From positions 116,002,001 through 116,066,000 of the forward strand of contig OZ296652.1 in NCBI GenBank assembly GCA_965655095.1: 64,000 bases of DNA, read 5' to 3'. The translations under genes and the position numbers were made by a program. The notes under the pieces were generated by a model that was not told where the DNA came from, searched no databases, and worked only from the letters and a program-made list of their open reading frames with translations. Source of the DNA: Haplodiscus bocki. Lineage: Eukaryota. Position 1 is the stretch's first letter. Every line of letters begins with the position of its first letter. This document shows positions 48,704 to 60,711 of this stretch, one piece after another.

Positions 48704-51700
48704 CTAATCCCATGGTTTACTTTCAATATTATTTATATAACATGGTTTATCATCGAAGATAGATAGTGTTGATTTTTTTACTTCTTGAAGAACCATTTGA
48801 TGATTAATTGATTTAATAATATAAATATTACATTGTCGTTGATATTCTTCTCCATCTAAACATTTTTTATATTCTTCAAATTTAATTTTTCTAGATTGAG
48901 ATTTTGATATACTTTTCAATTTATTTTTACTATCATCACCACATTTAAAAGCATACATTTTACTTCTTAGACAAACAAATTCATCAATCCAAATACTTTT
49001 GGGAGTTTCAATTTTAAGTTTACCAATTACTTTCTTATTTTTATTACCGAATAGTTCATGATTTTTATCTAAGTTACTGAAATCAAATATATCTTCTAAG
49101 TTTCTCAAGTCTTTGATAATATTTTTAGTATTAACACTTAATACGAAGCTATCAGTATCTATATAAAGTAGTTGTATATTTTCCTGTCCGAAATAAGGTT
49201 GTAATATATCGTAATATGTCTCATACATTAATAAATTACTCAATTCTAATACAGTGAATCCTAAATAAATTGGCTTATCCAGGAGAACTTCATTTTGTTT
49301 GAATGTATAACTATCAAAATTTTCTTATGATTTATGAATTCCATTGAAAGTCAATTTAGATTGTAGTTTTATTATTTCTCTATAATCATCCTTCTTAGCA
49401 AATTTAATTTTTAAGCGATTTCCTACATTTTCCATTGTGTTACCATAAAAAGCGTTATTTAGTAATTTGTAGAAGTCTTTTTCAAAATAATTTACTGCTT
49501 GATTTCTTTTTTGTGTATTAAAATTAATATATTTCTCTAACCACCTACTCTGTTTAAATGATATTATATTATGAACTCTCTCAACTATCATACCATGCTT
49601 AAGATAAAATTTTAACATCCTATAATGTACCAAATAATTTTTCTTGTCAGAAAAATCACATATCAATTTTCTATTTTGAATATAAGTATCAGGTTTAATT
49701 TCTTTCATATAATCATTAAAATCATCAGGATTAATTTTTTATTCACTGGATAAAATGGGAAATTCTTAGTTTTCTCTTTTATATTATTTGGATATTTTAA
49801 GTCAACTTCAATGAAATATCCGATATCACTATCATCAGGTGTATTTATTATATCTTCTATTTTAATATTATTATCATATTTTATTTCATCATATGGTAGT
49901 CGTTGAGACATTGAGTCACCATATAAATTTTTAGCATCAAAATATAATACCTTTTTATTATCATCCGATCTAATATATCTATCTCCCATAACACTACTTT
50001 TACCACCACGTATATTATTTTCTAATAACAAAATCACATCTTTATCTTGAAGTGTTTGTAGATTTATTCCAGCATATTTTAATCCACATTGCCAAGTATA
50101 GCCTGGTAAAGTAACACAATATAAAGGATTGATTTCAAATTCACCAACTGATACTTTTATAAATTTCTCAAACACACGTGCAAGCAAAAGTACATCACTT
50201 TTTAAATAAATTTCAGTTAATTCTTCTCCATTTTTAATATTGAATTTCTTAAAAATTTCCTTTGTTCTTTCTATTTCTTCATCATCGGGACATTTATTTT
50301 TTAATTTACTGAAGAAATGTTCTTTCTTTAAATTATCAACAGGTTTTTGATAATCATCAAGACTATTAAAATATTAATATGGATAAGCTAATTTTCTAGT
50401 TAAATTTTTCCATTTGTTAGGAAATCCTCTTTTTAAAATTTTAAAATCATTTTCTCCAATATAATTAATTAATGCTTCTTCTAAGTTTTCAATTTTTCTG
50501 GATAAGATTTTTTCAAATTTTCAATAGTCCTATCATCTTCTTCTAAAATTTCAATTTCTTCTGAATAATTTTCTTCTATCTTATTAACAATATTTAATAT
50601 TTCATCACTACCAACAACCTCTTTTTTCAAATCTTTCAATGTTTTTTGACTATTATCAACTAATGTCTTAACTAATGAATCCAATCCACTCGATAGAAAT
50701 CGATAACTATCAATAAGTCTAATACAACCATATGTCACTGATATATACTCTTCATTCGTTTTAGGTATTATATCAAATTTTACTTCATCATTTTTTTTGT
50801 CGACCAGTTTTTTGAAAAACATATGACAATCATAATTACTAAAAATGTGAAATATAAATGGTATAAAAATACTTTGATCTTGAGTAACATTAATATTACA
50901 AATACTATGAGCTGGACCTCTATATTTACCTGTTAAGTGACAATGATCTCTAACTTTATCAGATATTAATTCCTTTTCACAAAATCGACAAATATTATCA
51001 TTTCTAAAATCTTCTTCATCTTTTTCTGTCATAATGATATCTTTATTAGTGTTTTTAAAATAGAAAGCCATTTTATTTTCTAATTTTATATCTTCATTTA
51101 CAAACCATTCTACATTATTATAACCTAGAGGAGATTTGTAATAATCACTTTTTAAAATATCTTCCAATTCAGATACTATATGATAACCATTAAGTACCGG
51201 ATTTTGTTTATAAATATTCTTTGTTTTACTACCTATAATAGAATTATCTTTCTCGTTATCAGCTTCGAAATCTGCATATATTCGAAAATTTGATGGATTT
51301 TTATGAAAATGTTTTTTCCAACTAAGATGTGATTCATTTGAAGTTCTAATAGTAGTAATATTATCACCTCCACATTTTTCTTTTTGTTTCATTAACATAT
51401 TTTCGCTTGTGTATGAACTCAAGCATTGTCTACAAATAAATTTTTTGTTATGATCTCCTAGAAACACATCTAATTTTTTAATGAGTACATAATGGTTTTT
51501 GTAATTTGCGAAATCAATAACTCTATCTGAATTATTTTTACTAATCTCAATAGGTAGTAATTTATGTTTCCATTTGTTCTGATCTTGATAAAAAGCTAAT
51601 TCAAATATATTAACAGACAAATTATTTAATTCATTAAATTTATGTACATCACTACACTTGAATCCTTTACTAAAATCAAAACCTTGATTATTTAATTCAT

Positions 51701-52552
51701 TGAAATATTGTTTACAATTGGAAACTCTGTTAGGGTGATTATTATTACAAGGATATAAATACGCCAATATTGACCATAAGAGACAATATTTATCATTATT
51801 TTCAACATTCAAGATAGCGTTTGATCTCAAAGGAATTTTGATATAATTTGAACCATTCATTTCAGTAGTTTTATAAAAAAATATCGTCATTGAAATAATT
51901 TTATCAAATCTCCAACCAGAATCTCTTAATTCTTGCTGTTGTATTTGAAATTCTAGTGGAGATATAATATTGATTTTATCAAGATTACTCTGTGTTAAAT
52001 TATGATTAATATTCAAACTCTATGAATAATTCAGTTTTATCTAATAATCGACCATCTCCATCTTGTTTATCAAATATTGCCGAGAATACTGTTTGTTATT
52101 TAAATTTTTATTGATTTATTAATCTAGCATAAATAATTGCTAATTCTTTCATGATTTTATTAATATAACGAAATTCAATACCGAATTCAGGATAATTAGG
52201 TATGATAGTTAATTTAGAATTTGTATGATGAAGATTATGACTATCTAAATTGATTTTAAATCCAACTTTCAAATTGCTATCAGTAAAATAATATGGATTA
52301 ATCATCTTCTTAGCTAATTCTTTATTTAATTGCTTATCATCTATTTTATTATTATCTCGTGCTATTTGTTTTAATGATTTAGGATTATGTACTTTATTAA
52401 TTTTTTTTTCAACAAGGTTCTTGAAATAACCATTCATGTTTAATTATTTCATTCTGGTTCATGTTTTCTATATGTTTTTTACTCCTCAAATGTTTCATAT
52501 AAGATGCTCTATGAACATCAACATTACAAATCTCACATTTGCGGATATTCAT
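48704..52552 (-). pseudogene. polB: pPolB with N-terminal C2H2-like finger and endonuclease VII-like domain, frameshifted
   Basis: Fragments carry CEICNVDVHRASYMKHLRSKKH, YADFEA (ExoI), CRFC..VRDHCHLTGKYRGPAHSICN (EndoVII), HIFSNYD, IDSYRF, IRGG, YFDAKNLYG (A), KLLNNAFYG (B), YIDTDS (C) and LRSKMY. Confidence 0.95.
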
Positions 52553-52839
52553 TTTTGCGTCTCTATTTATATAATATGAATTACTTTAAATGATTTATTT
52601 AAAACCTCAAATTTCTACACCAAACTCGATATCGTATAATCACTCATTTATGAATAATTTAATTTATTTCAAATTGCTATTGATTATTATAATATAATAA
52701 CCTCCATTCATATATGAATACTAACTATAATTGTGTGTATTCACTATCTTAAAATTGTCTCACGAGGTTTAATTCCGATATAAAGATTAGGAGTTATAAT
52801 GAAAATATTTATATCAATGTAATCATGATAATCGTTTTC

Positions 52840-53046
52840 TTATTGATTATCTATATTTTTATTTTCGTCTCTAGTTTTAATAACAGTATAATACAAATCA
52901 TAATAACTAATATTCATATTCTTAACATCTGCCTTAGTCTGAAGAAATTCCATCAAAAGTAAGACTTCATGATAAATTTTAGCGACGCCTTTAGCGTTCT
53001 TAGAAAAAGGATCAATTTTATTGCTTTGAAAAATTTTATTTTTCAT
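52840..53046 (-). pseudogene. Hypothetical Polinton protein fragment
   Basis: ORF within the co-oriented gene block; no motif recognised. Confidence 0.4.
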
Positions 53047-53613
53047 TTCTTTATAATAATCACTAATATTTTTATAAAATTTTAGTTTTATTCTTCCTTT
53101 TAATTGTTGTAATTTATCAATAACATTATTTAATGATAAGTAGGCTATATTTACGTATATGTCTCTAATTTCTTTAATAGAATAGTTTAATCTAGTTGAA
53201 AAACCTTGAGATTGTCTACGAATATTTTTATTAATCTGATGTTTTTGTTTGTTGATAATAATTTCACAAATTGTGCAATATTAACTTTTATCAAATTTTG
53301 ACCAACTATTTTTGTTTGCAACTAGGACAATTTGGCAGATCAAATTTTCGTTGTTGAATATTAGGTCGTTTATTTTTATTTTTAGGATAATGTTTTACTA
53401 CTAATTGATTATCATCATTTCTGATTACTTTTTGATTTGTTCCTATTTGAGTTTGATTTTTAACTTGATATTGAGTTCTGAGAGATGATGGAGGATCTCT
53501 TTTCCGTAGTATTATATTTTCAGTAGGATGAATTTTATATCTATGATCTTTTACTTCTACATAATATTCACCGTTTAGATATTTCGTTCAAATAAAATAT
53601 AAATTCTTAATAT

Positions 53614-53826
53614 TCATATATGAATACATGTATTTAGATATCTACAAATACTTCCCAATAAATCAAAATAATTGACATTTTCATAAAATGATAGATCATA
53701 ATAACATATCCATTTCATTAACCTAATACTATCGTGTCCAATTTTGTAAATACCTGTTGAAGTTATTGAATATTTGTTTTGTTCAAAATCTGGATTTTCT
53801 AACATATCTCTATATTTCTCTATCAA
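53614..53826 (-). CDS. Hypothetical Polinton protein
   Basis: 70-aa ORF in the co-oriented block; no motif recognised. Confidence 0.45.
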   Translation of the reverse strand: MIEKYRDMLENPDFEQNKYSITSTGIYKIGHDSIRLMKWICYYDLSFYENVNYFDLLGSICRYLNTCIHI

Positions 53827-54152
53827 TATATTATTTATTTTTAATTTTTTATTTTTTAATGCTGATAAAACTTTATATATTTCATCATAATCATCACCTT
53901 CATAAATTTTATATACATCTACACATATGGAAAATATTTTAACTTCAGCATATTTAAATCGGTTTATAAAATTAATTTTTTTCTTTGTATTTTAGAGAGT
54001 TCGTGTTTGCGTTTGCTCACGTTGAATCCACATGAAAAGGATGCCCATTCATATTAGAATGGAAGTAAACTGTTTCGATTACAATGACCGCAGTGTTTTC
54101 CATATTTTTCAATTATTTGGTCGTCAGTCAATTCCATTTATTAGTTGTTGTT

Positions 54153-55009
54153 TTATTGAATTAAATTCAGTTCTTTCATAACTCGATTGTTTTCGTCAAG
54201 AGATAGTTTAGTAGGTAGTAAAAAACTTTCATTATATCTCTCGGGTAAATAGTCAATTCTATATGAGGGTATAGTTTCATGTATGATTTCTGCTATTGTA
54301 TATAATTTATAACTATAGTTTGTTGAATCTCCTTTGCTGAAGACTCGTTTAATATCAGCTGTTCTTACTAACTGTCCTAATTTATATTTTGGCGTTTGTT
54401 TTTCCCTCTTATCCTGAAGATTGGAATAGACTTTTTTTTCAATTTATTTTTTACTGGCTTGATTGGGAGTCATTTTCGTTGAGCTATGGATTGTATTATT
54501 ATATTGTTTAATAACAGATGGAAGTTCACTGAACCAATCAACATTTCCCGCTAAAAACACGGGCTTTTTCAATAGATTACGTATAGTTCTATTAAATTTT
54601 TCAGCAAAACAGCTCCTTTATCAGTATAGCGAGAATATCTTTCAATCTTTTTATTGTTTAAAAATTCGTTGAAAATTTTATTAACATGTTCTGTACCATC
54701 GTCTGTTTCGAGAAGATTTGGCTTACGTTTAGATGATTTAACAATTTGAGAAAATGCATCTGTTATTGATTGAGCGTAATTGTTTTTCAAAGGTATAGTC
54801 CAACCAAATTTACTGAAATTATCAATTACTACTAAAATATATCTATAACCTTTATTGTTTTTAGGACTGTAATCATTCATATCTAATAAATCTGAAGACC
54901 AAGTATCATCAATAGATTTGATTATTGTCTTATTTGTTTTATAATTCTTATGAGGTGGCTTACTATAAATTTCATCAATAATGATTTTAGTTAAGTCCCT
55001 CTTGACCAT
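54153..55009 (-). pseudogene. int: Retroviral-like (rve, DDE) integrase, frameshifted near 54605
   Basis: WSSDLLDM, YRYILVVIDNFSKF, ETDDG.E, then in the shifted frame AEKFNRTIRNLLKK, YNNTIHSSTKMTP and LGQLVRTADIKRVFSKGDS. Confidence 0.93.
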
Positions 55010-55625
55010 TTAATCTTTTGAAATAATGCCCCTTTATTTCTTGTAAAAGATATAGATGATAATCAATTTCATCACCTTTAATAATATTATCTTTTATATA
55101 CATCGGCCTTATATTAATCCAACTTGTAGATATATACATATCATTTTTATTAGATAAGTTAGTTTTTGAAAGAGGGTAACAAAGATATAAACACCAAAAT
55201 TTACCATAATTTTCTAATGACATGTCACCATAAAGTTGATGAATAATCCATCTTTTAAAAAATGATTGAGAATATCCTAATAAATCAAAAGTTTTATTTG
55301 TTTTTCTAAACTTCTGAGACTTGAAAGCTGATGATGTCCTTGACCGTAAATTACAAGCTATTTTGTTGTTTAAATCTGTTTTTCTTTTATTTTTCTCATA
55401 TATATTTGTTTTTTCTCGATTTTGTTTTTTATAAATTTTATTTTTGATTAGCATTCTATTTTGATTATCATGATAATAGTTCTTACAGCAAATTTTACAA
55501 TGTGGTCTATAACCATCTTTCTTTGTTCTATCCTTATAAAAGTTACTCTTTAAGGAAATCGTTTTGCATATACAACATTTTTTAACTAAATCATAATCAA
55601 ATAAATCTTTAATAGAATTACTCAT
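54987..55625 (-). CDS. Zn-finger plus HNH/endonuclease VII-like protein, catalytic motif degenerate
   Basis: CCIC..F.KD..KKDG.R..CKIC, NLRSR, DLLG.S and M..ENYG..W...CYPLS..W.N.RPM...DN..KG. The expected DH reads YL. Confidence 0.65.
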   Translation of the reverse strand: MSNSIKDLFDYDLVKKCCICKTISLKSNFYKDRTKKDGYRPHCKICCKNYYHDNQNRMLIKNKIYKKQNREKTNIYEKNKRKTDLNNKIACNLRSRTSSAFKSQKFRKTNKTFDLLGYSQSFFKRWIIHQLYGDMSLENYGKFWCLYLCYPLSKTNLSNKNDMYISTSWINIRPMYIKDNIIKGDEIDYHLYLLQEIKGHYFKRLNGQEGLN

Positions 55626-55654
55626 TTAATTAGTGAACTATATTTGAAATAAAA

Positions 55655-56242
55655 TCACATTACTCTTAATCTTAATCCAATACCATGGATGTCTGTGAGA
55701 CTCAATATTTTACCTCCCGTTAATGAATTCAAAATGTTTGTAGTAGCTGCTCCAACTTTAGCGATTTTGCTTTTTACTCCAACAGCCATCCCTATTACTG
55801 GAGCCAGTGTATTTATCGTCGGTTTTAAAAACTTCGACCATGTTGTCTGACTACTTTCAAAAATTTTTTTCATAGTATTTTTAAAACCAGCACCTTCTAA
55901 TTGAAATTGGTTTGGACTGAAAGTAATTTGTTTCTGACGTTTACATTTGGGGTTATGGCACATATCGTGTAATTTGAGCACGGTACAAATTTTATTCAAA
56001 TCACACCACGCTGAGTTACTCATAGCTGATCTATGGCCGTGTGAACATTTAGCATTTTTATTAAAATCTTTTCCTCGTGTCATTTTTTTAGAAAAAATTT
56101 GTGATTTATTACGACCGCAAATAGTACAAGTCCCTTTTATAATTTTAACTAGTTTCTTAGTCTTAGGATTGACTTTTTCATATTGAGTTATATTATTGGT
56201 AATAGAATAATGCTTTCCTCCAACACACCATGTTTTTGTCAT
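55655..56242 (-). CDS. Basic Cys-rich core-like protein with adenain-type cleavage sites
   Basis: Lys-rich with CxxC motifs; LEGA/G, LTGG/K and IHGI/G sites. Likely start is MTKTWC at 56242. Confidence 0.6.
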   Translation of the reverse strand: MTKTWCVGGKHYSITNNITQYEKVNPKTKKLVKIIKGTCTICGRNKSQIFSKKMTRGKDFNKNAKCSHGHRSAMSNSAWCDLNKICTVLKLHDMCHNPKCKRQKQITFSPNQFQLEGAGFKNTMKKIFESSQTTWSKFLKPTINTLAPVIGMAVGVKSKIAKVGAATTNILNSLTGGKILSLTDIHGIGLRLRVM

Positions 56243-56380
56243 TTTTATTAATAAAATTTTATTCATAATAAGGAGGAGCAGAGGGCTCATAAGTTTTTAT
56301 TTTCTCTTTTCTAGGTTTAAACAAATTAAATTTAATATTTATGTTTACATTTACATTAATTTTGCTCAAAAATTATTCAA

Positions 56381-56965
56381 TTAAGTTATCTGTTCTGGTG
56401 AAATAGAATCTTTTGAGATAACATCACCAAAAATATCTTCAACTTTAAATTTAGTAGAGTCCATTATCTCTTTTCGTTTATCGATGTAATGATTATAAAT
56501 CTTTTTTAATTCTTGAGCTTCCTTTTCATCAATTTTTTTATATATCATAGATTGGTTTAAAGTCTTCTCATAAAAAATTGTAATAAAATTTATCCAATCT
56601 CTCAACTTTGTATTACGTAATTTTAATTTTCATGTATATTCATTCGTGATTAATATAGCAACAGAAGTTAATAAAGCTGTTGAAGAAGTCAGTAATATAC
56701 CAATGCTCGGAATCATTAATGACATAGTCGATGTTGAAATAGCACTTCCGCTACCAACTAAAATTTCAGTGATAATTAACAATACTTTCTTTTTGTTTAA
56801 TGATTTATATTTTTTCTTATAATATTTGTTATCAATTTTAAGTGATTTTAATATATTTTCATGATCATGTTTTTCTGTTTGATATTTCGAATTTTTAATT
56901 TCATCATCTCTCGTTTTATTTTTTAACAATTCTGGTTCGTTTTTAAAATCAGGATATGTACTCAT
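56381..56965 (-). pseudogene. Membrane-associated hypothetical protein, split into two ORFs
   Basis: Basic region followed by two hydrophobic helices (VLLIITEILVGSGSAIS; IGILLTSSTALLTSVAILIT). Confidence 0.6.
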
Positions 56966-56968
56966 TTA

Positions 56969-57187
56969 TTAAATAGAAAATTGTTTTTCTAACAGATCCA
57001 TTGCAATAATTTCTTTCAAATTGCGTTGTCTTTCTAACTTTTCAAGAGCAATATTTTTAATAATCTCTATCTCATGATTCAGAAAATTGCTTTGTTTCAA
57101 TATATCAGGTTCAACTAAACTTAGTAATAAAATAAGACTTCTTTCATGTCTAACATCTTCGAAAATCGTATTGAAGTAAGCTTCCAT
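56969..57187 (-). CDS. Small hypothetical protein, paralog of the adjacent ORF
   Basis: YFNTIF..LILLLSL..DILKQSNF parallels YFKDIF..IVLLLFL..NLLNEIGF. TAAATG stop-start coupling. Confidence 0.6.
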   Translation of the reverse strand: MEAYFNTIFEDVRHERSLILLLSLVEPDILKQSNFLNHEIEIIKNIALEKLERQRNLKEIIAMDLLEKQFSI

Positions 57188-57430
57188 TTACCTTTTTAAA
57201 AATTTATCAATAACAGATTCTTCTTGATTTTTAATATAATCTAAGTAATCTTCATATTTTTCGAATAAAATATTTTTAAACTCTAAATTTAAGCTATTAT
57301 TATCAGTTTTACTGAATCCTATTTCATTTAATAAATTTTTATCATTTTGATTTAAAAATAATAATAATACTATTTTTTTATAATCAGGTATAGGTTTAAA
57401 AATATCTTTAAAATAATTTGAGTTATTCAT
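57188..57430 (-). CDS. Small hypothetical protein
   Basis: 80-aa ORF with TAAATG start; paralog of 56969..57187. Confidence 0.6.
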   Translation of the reverse strand: MNNSNYFKDIFKPIPDYKKIVLLLFLNQNDKNLLNEIGFSKTDNNSLNLEFKNILFEKYEDYLDYIKNQEESVIDKFLKR

Positions 57431-57482
57431 TTAAAATATAACTTATAGATATTTACAATTATATGTACAATTGTATATGTTT

Positions 57483-58813
57483 TCAATGAAGTGAATGGGT
57501 TATTGTAATGTTTGAAAAAAACACATATCACAATGAGCGCTATCAATTTGGTCATATATGAATTTAACTCCATAATCTTCGTCAGTAATATTTAGACTTA
57601 ATATAGTCCAATCGGTTGCTAAATTACTATATTGATCATTTTTAGGTATATTGAACTTAGTCAACCAAACGTTATCTCTTGTTAGAATTTGTATCCGAAA
57701 ACGACCCATCGCTCTAAACTCTCCTTGAGTTGAAAATCTATTATAGTAAAATGTTATATTGGATATTTGAATAATATCAATTCTCTCCCAACTACAATGA
57801 ACATTTGGGCCAAAATTGTTAGAGCTCGTCTCTATATACATAAAACTATCACTGATAGGAGGCGGTGTGGTAGCTCCAGCATTTTCTGTGGGAGAATTTG
57901 TTCTTGTTGATCCTATGAAGTTTTGTATTTTTCCTTGATTATTTCTATCATTACATTTAATGTTCCAATTTTGCAGAAGATAACCACCAGAATTTGGAAG
58001 TTTTATTATCGTTGTATCCGTTAATAGTATTTTATTGTATACCTGAAGATTATAAGTTGAATTTTTAATATTAACTTTCAGATATCTATCATTTGAATTA
58101 TCATTTAATCTGACTATTGTATCTTTATCTACTTCATCATTAAAATTTTTTTTGTTAATGACTTCATTATCTGAAGATGGTTTTTTATCGATAATTATTG
58201 AATTTATATTTGTGATTTTTTTATCGTTGAAATCATTATCTTGATTATTTTTCACCAAATCACTTGATTCAATATAAAAATCTATATCTAAATCTCTTCT
58301 GTTTCTCTCATTTTCATCATGTAAGCCGTCAATATAAGCTTTTGTTGGTATCTCTATTATCGTCTTTGGTTCTGTTAGAGTAGAATTTAAAGTTATAGAA
58401 TCTTGATTATCTAGATCTAGTGTTTCATTAGGATCTAATCTCAATAATGAAGTTTCATCTATGGAATTATCAACATATAGCTTTGCTGTTAAATGACTAT
58501 CTATTTGAGGCAATTGATTAACTTGAATAAAACGAGCGTTGGTGATATTTCTATCATTCAGATCTATATGTTCGGTGTTTTTGATTATACTAGAATCGTT
58601 GAATAAATTATCAACAGAATTTTTTGATACTGCTTCTCGTATGCTAATAGGATCAGGTAAATTTTTAATTTTATATTGAATTTTTAAGTCAATGTCTTCT
58701 TCTATATTAGCTTCTATATAATTTGTTCTCAAATATGGTTTTTGTACAAACAGACTTGTATCAATTTTTTGTTCAGAATTATATGAAGAATTTCCAAAAA
58801 CATTTATCGGCAT
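57483..58813 (-). CDS. Putative fiber/spike protein with C-terminal MAM-like domain (last codons frameshifted)
   Basis: Repeated shaft motifs (IKNLPDP..AVSKNSVD; DLNDRNITN..TAKLYVD; DFNDKKITN). C-terminal FMYIETSS..FYYNRF..MGRFRI..DW..DMCF. Confidence 0.65.
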
Positions 58814-58851
58814 ATTTAAAATATAGATATTTACAATTATACATATATGAG

Positions 58852-59259
58852 TTATGAAATTGATTCAAAATACATTTTTAATATTGTATCATAATATTTC
58901 ATTCTTTCAATTAAATAGAAAAAGTATAGACAATATGAGCCACATAATCGAGAATATATATCTTGTATTTTATAATTATGAGATATTATTGGTTTAGGTA
59001 ATTGATTTAATAGAAACTTATCAGGCTGACCACCAAATGAGTCAAAGTAATATGATTTTTTATCTTTTACTATAAAACAAGTCCAGTGGGTTCCTCTCTT
59101 GCTTCCGTTATCAATATTAATGAATCCTTTATCTGAATATATTTTACTATCTCTTGGGTATATAGGATAATTATAAACTTTCTGTAAATGAGATTCATTC
59201 ATAGTATCATTTTGTAAGTCATTTTTTTCCATGAAGTCTTTAAAATTTAAAACTTTCAT
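58852..59259 (-). CDS. Adenain-like cysteine (maturation) protease
   Basis: GTHW (His), YFDSFG (Asp) and IQ....RLCGSYC (Gln/Cys). Confidence 0.92.
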   Translation of the reverse strand: MKVLNFKDFMEKNDLQNDTMNESHLQKVYNYPIYPRDSKIYSDKGFINIDNGSKRGTHWTCFIVKDKKSYYFDSFGGQPDKFLLNQLPKPIISHNYKIQDIYSRLCGSYCLYFFYLIERMKYYDTILKMYFESIS

Positions 59260-59261
59260 AT

Positions 59262-60525
59262 TTATATTATTTTAACTTCTATTAATTTATTTCCATCGCT
59301 TATTAATTCAACCTCTCGTCGTCTAATTATTATAACATATAATCTACCATTAGCTGGTGCTGCTCTGTATTCTTCAAACAATTGATTTTTTTAGGAGTTA
59401 TGTGGTCGATTTGGAAACGAAGATCAATTACTTGTATGGGATATCTAGTTTTTATTTCGGGGTAAGAGACAAAAGGATTTAATAGTTCTTCACCAACATA
59501 TTCTTTAAAGAATAATTTTAAGTCTTTATATTGATCAATATAATCGTTTTCAGGATAGTTTGTTAGAACACCATCGCGTGGATAACGAACACTATCTATC
59601 TCGACAAAATATTTTCTTACATTAAGATTATCAAATCTTGATACGTTTATACCTTTATCAAGAGCATTTAATCTTGCTGCTGTTTGGTGAGCTGTTATTA
59701 AATATTTGAGACTGTTGACAGATTGTGCGCTTCCTATATCGATTTGAGTTATCGTATCTGAGATAACTCTCCTCTCAGTATACCAGTCATCGAAAAATAT
59801 TCTATAATTATTTTGAATAGATTCGTTAAACATGAGTTGTGTTTCGGTACCAGGAGTGAAAGTCGGTACAAACAAATATAAACTATTTATAGTAACATTA
59901 ATATTATCACCTATAGAAGTGAAAATGACATCTTGTAAATCAGATGTTCGGAATTTTATATGAAAGCCAAGATTTTTGTAATTTTTTTAATGCTCTTGCA
60001 AAATCCGAAAATATGTTCTAATGGTAATTGACCTTTAATTTTACCCTTATTAGCTAAATCGTGATTGTTTATCAACATTTTTTCCAACGAAGTAGAGTCA
60101 AAATCAGCATCCCCATTACCCTCATTAATTTTATCAAATTGTGAAAGTAGATCACCATCTTTGCTGGTTAAAACTCTCATTATAGTTGATATTGGGCCGA
60201 CATATTTTTTGTGTTCGAAATCGCTGCCGGATGTTACACCTAGACTAGCCTCTTTGAAGCAATAAGCAAAGGCGTTGTTTGTTAGTCTTATACGACTATT
60301 ATCAGTAAAATTAGCATTATCTTCTCTACGCACTGTTATATCAAATTCGAGATATGAATTACCAACTTGATGATAATTGTTATTCGCTCCGAAAATAAAT
60401 TCAATATTTTGATCTGATTGATTTAATTGAGCTCCTTGCTGGTGATAAATTTTTAAGAAATCTCTTTTTATAGTAGAATTATCAAATGGTTGTTTATCTA
60501 AAAACTGGAAATCTTCTAAGCTCAT
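59262..60525 (-). pseudogene. Major capsid protein (Polinton PY/hexon-like), two frameshifts
   Basis: ORFs 59956..60525 and 59330..59875 plus tail RRREVELISDGNKLIEVKII* give ~420 aa. Motifs SYLEFDI, IRLTNNAFAYCF, LPLEHIFGFCK, RYP and YPIQVIDLRFQ. Lies between protease and penton. Confidence 0.85.
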
Positions 60526-60696
60526 TTATAATATATGAAACTCATTATATTTTAAAAAACCATTTCCTGATAATAGTTTCTGTTTAAAAGACTGAAGATT
60601 TGGAGGTAAATTTGATTTAGTTTTAGTCAATTCTTTTTTGATTTTTGGTTTATGTTTGTTAGAATGTAATCTCGATTTTATTAATGTTCTCGGCAT
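60526..60696 (-). CDS. Small basic protein (56 aa, mu/pX-like candidate; not in the ORF track)
   Basis: MPRTLIKSRLHSNKHKPKIKKELTKTKSNLPPNLQSFKQKLLSGNGFLK... TAAATG start; its stop abuts the MCP ATG; LSGN/G site. Confidence 0.55.
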   Translation of the reverse strand: MPRTLIKSRLHSNKHKPKIKKELTKTKSNLPPNLQSFKQKLLSGNGFLKYNEFHIL

Positions 60697-60711
60697 TTAA
60701 TATGTTCAAAA

